Shown: in pieces, positions 62,291 through 64,000 of the stretch
Numbering within the stretch: position 1 is the stretch's first letter
Layout: every line of letters begins with the position of its first letter
The notes under the pieces: model-generated
Database searches by the model: none
Told to the model about the DNA's origin: nothing
The model's input: only the letters and a program-made list of their open reading frames with translations
NCBI RefSeq assembly: GCF_036365525.1
Contig: NW_027140807.1
Coordinates: 1,488,001-1,552,000 of the forward strand
DNA: 64,000 nt
Source: Heterodontus francisci
Taxonomy: Eukaryota
Reading direction: 5' to 3'
Program-made: the position numbers and the translations under genes

Positions 62291-64000
62291 CTCTGGAGGG
62301 TAAAGGATCCGTGTGGTTTTATATGAAGTGACTGAGCACTTTTATTGTAGAGTATCTCAAAGTTCTGGGCACTGACTGAAATTCACAGCTTCCCTCTCCA
62401 TCACTTTATCATACAGATAGGCGGGACCCAGTTTTCTTTCATTTCCGGGGAGGGACCAATGTTAGACTCCTGGTAATCGCTTTCTGGAACTGCAATTCTG
62501 TTTCATTGACATCTGCAGCCCGATCATTCGGAGCCCTGTCCAAATATGTGCACACAGTACTCCAGGTGTGTTCTCACCAAGACCCAATACAAGTGTAATA
62601 CGACTTCCTTATTCTTGTACTCCCATCCCCCATGAAACAAAGACCAACATGCCTGTAATTCAACAGAAGCACTTCATTGGCTGTCGAACTCCTTGGGAAG
62701 TTCCAGATCGGCTTTCCAACTTTCTCCTCTCTTTCAGATACTGACGTTGACTATATAGAATTGCAGACAATATAGAACACAGCATCAGGTGAACGGATCT
62801 ATACAGGTGTTAATGTTCCACAGATACATCCTTTCATCCCTCTTTATCTCAACCTCTCAGCATCTCCTGTCAGTCCTTTCTGCCTCGTATGTCTACTGGT
62901 TTCCCACTGAATACTATTTACCTCCACCACTGCCTGTGGTGGTGAGTTCCCCATTCTCACCAATCTCTGGGGAATGAAGTTTGTCCTGAATTCACGTTTG
63001 GATTTTTAGTGAGTATCTTATGCCTTATAATTCTGGTCTTTAGCCTCAAGTGAAAATATCTTCTCTACGTCTATCCTATCAAACCTATTAATAATATTAA
63101 AGACTTCTTATCTGGGCACCCCTCATTTCTAGAGAAGAACCCCAGCCTGTTCGATCTTTACTGCTATGTATAATTATACCGTGATCTAAATGTGGCCTAA
63201 CCAATGTATATAGACGCCAGAACTGTGCATAGTGCTCCAGTTGTGATCTAACCAATGTATAATGAGAGCGGAACAGTGCACAGTTCTCCAAATGAAGTCG
63301 AACCAAGGTATGAGGAGACCTGAAATGTTGACAGTGCACCCAGTGTGTTTTAACCAAGGAGGTTGGAGGCCAAACATGTGCAAATTCCAATTTTGGAACC
63401 CAGGTACATGAAGATAAAACTGTGGATGAGGCCCTGCTCTCTGAGTTCTTGGAAAAATTCCGTGAGTTTGAAGTCAGTCTGTGTGTGGTTCTTTGTCTAG
63501 ACAGTGGATAGCTCTGAACTGCTTTGTCCCATCAGTCACTTTACATAAATACACCTCCACATTGACCTTACCTTGGAGATCCTACAGTAGACACCTCAAG
63601 GCACAGGAGAAGTAACACCAGAGGTGCCTCCGCATTAACCTCCAAATCCAGTGGCAAGACAGGTAGTCCAACAGCATCGTCCTCTCCCAAACCAACCTGT
63701 CTAGTGTCAGGGCGCGAATCACCCAAAACCAGCTCCACTGGCTGGGACATGTCATTCACATTCCTGCCACCAGACTCCCCAAAGCAGCAGTTCTACTCAG
63801 AACTTAGCCGTGTCAGGAGACTCCCAGGAGGACAGCGGAAACGCTTGAGAGATGTCCTCACAGGATCCCTGGAGAGATGAAACATCCGCGTCGACTCCTT
63901 GGAGACCCTGGCTCCTGAACATCCCAGACGGAGGAAGGACAAACGGGAAGGCATCGGACACCACGAGGAACTTAAGGAACATGCAGAGGTAAGGCCGAGG

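Larger units (their letters stand above)
46975..64000 (+). repeat. Segmental duplicate of positions 1-~17050
   Basis: Colinear ORFs at offset ~46940-46990 (325/47298, 2061/49034, 8845/55834, 12627/59570, 16622/63568). Confidence 0.95.

Noticed and set aside
1-64000. NAR-TCR, IgH-like V, or D/J/C segments
   Set aside because: No 12-RSS-flanked D, no FGxG J with RSS and no C exon were recognised; the Vs show TRBV-type rather than IgH/NAR motifs. A by-eye search could miss short D segments.

Overview
Eukaryotic genomic DNA, not prokaryotic. This is part of the V-segment array of a T-cell receptor beta (TRB) locus, most likely from a cartilaginous fish, judged from the shark-type CR1 LINEs, SINEs and Penelope relics. 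I read 21 V elements, all on the minus strand and numbered V1-V21 here by position. Each has a 3' recombination signal sequence (RSS), with a 23-bp spacer in all but V10 (21 bp). Eighteen have an open leader exon + intron + V exon, two are stop-codon pseudogenes (V12, V14) and one is a 3' relic (V16). They fall into six families; the largest resembles mammalian TRBV30 (SQTIHQ...CTVEG...CAWS). I saw no D, J or C segments. Positions 1-~17050 are duplicated at ~46975-64000, with smaller duplicated modules and signs of gene conversion. The standout feature is a 45-bp minisatellite whose unit carries a near-consensus CTCF motif (CCGGCAGGGGGCAGCA, minus strand). It starts about 20 bp beyond the RSS nonamer of all three members of one V family and has 7, 1 (degenerate) and 31 copies. 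It is a candidate copy-number-variable CTCF anchor that could tune V usage. Coordinates were counted by hand, and repeat boundaries are approximate.
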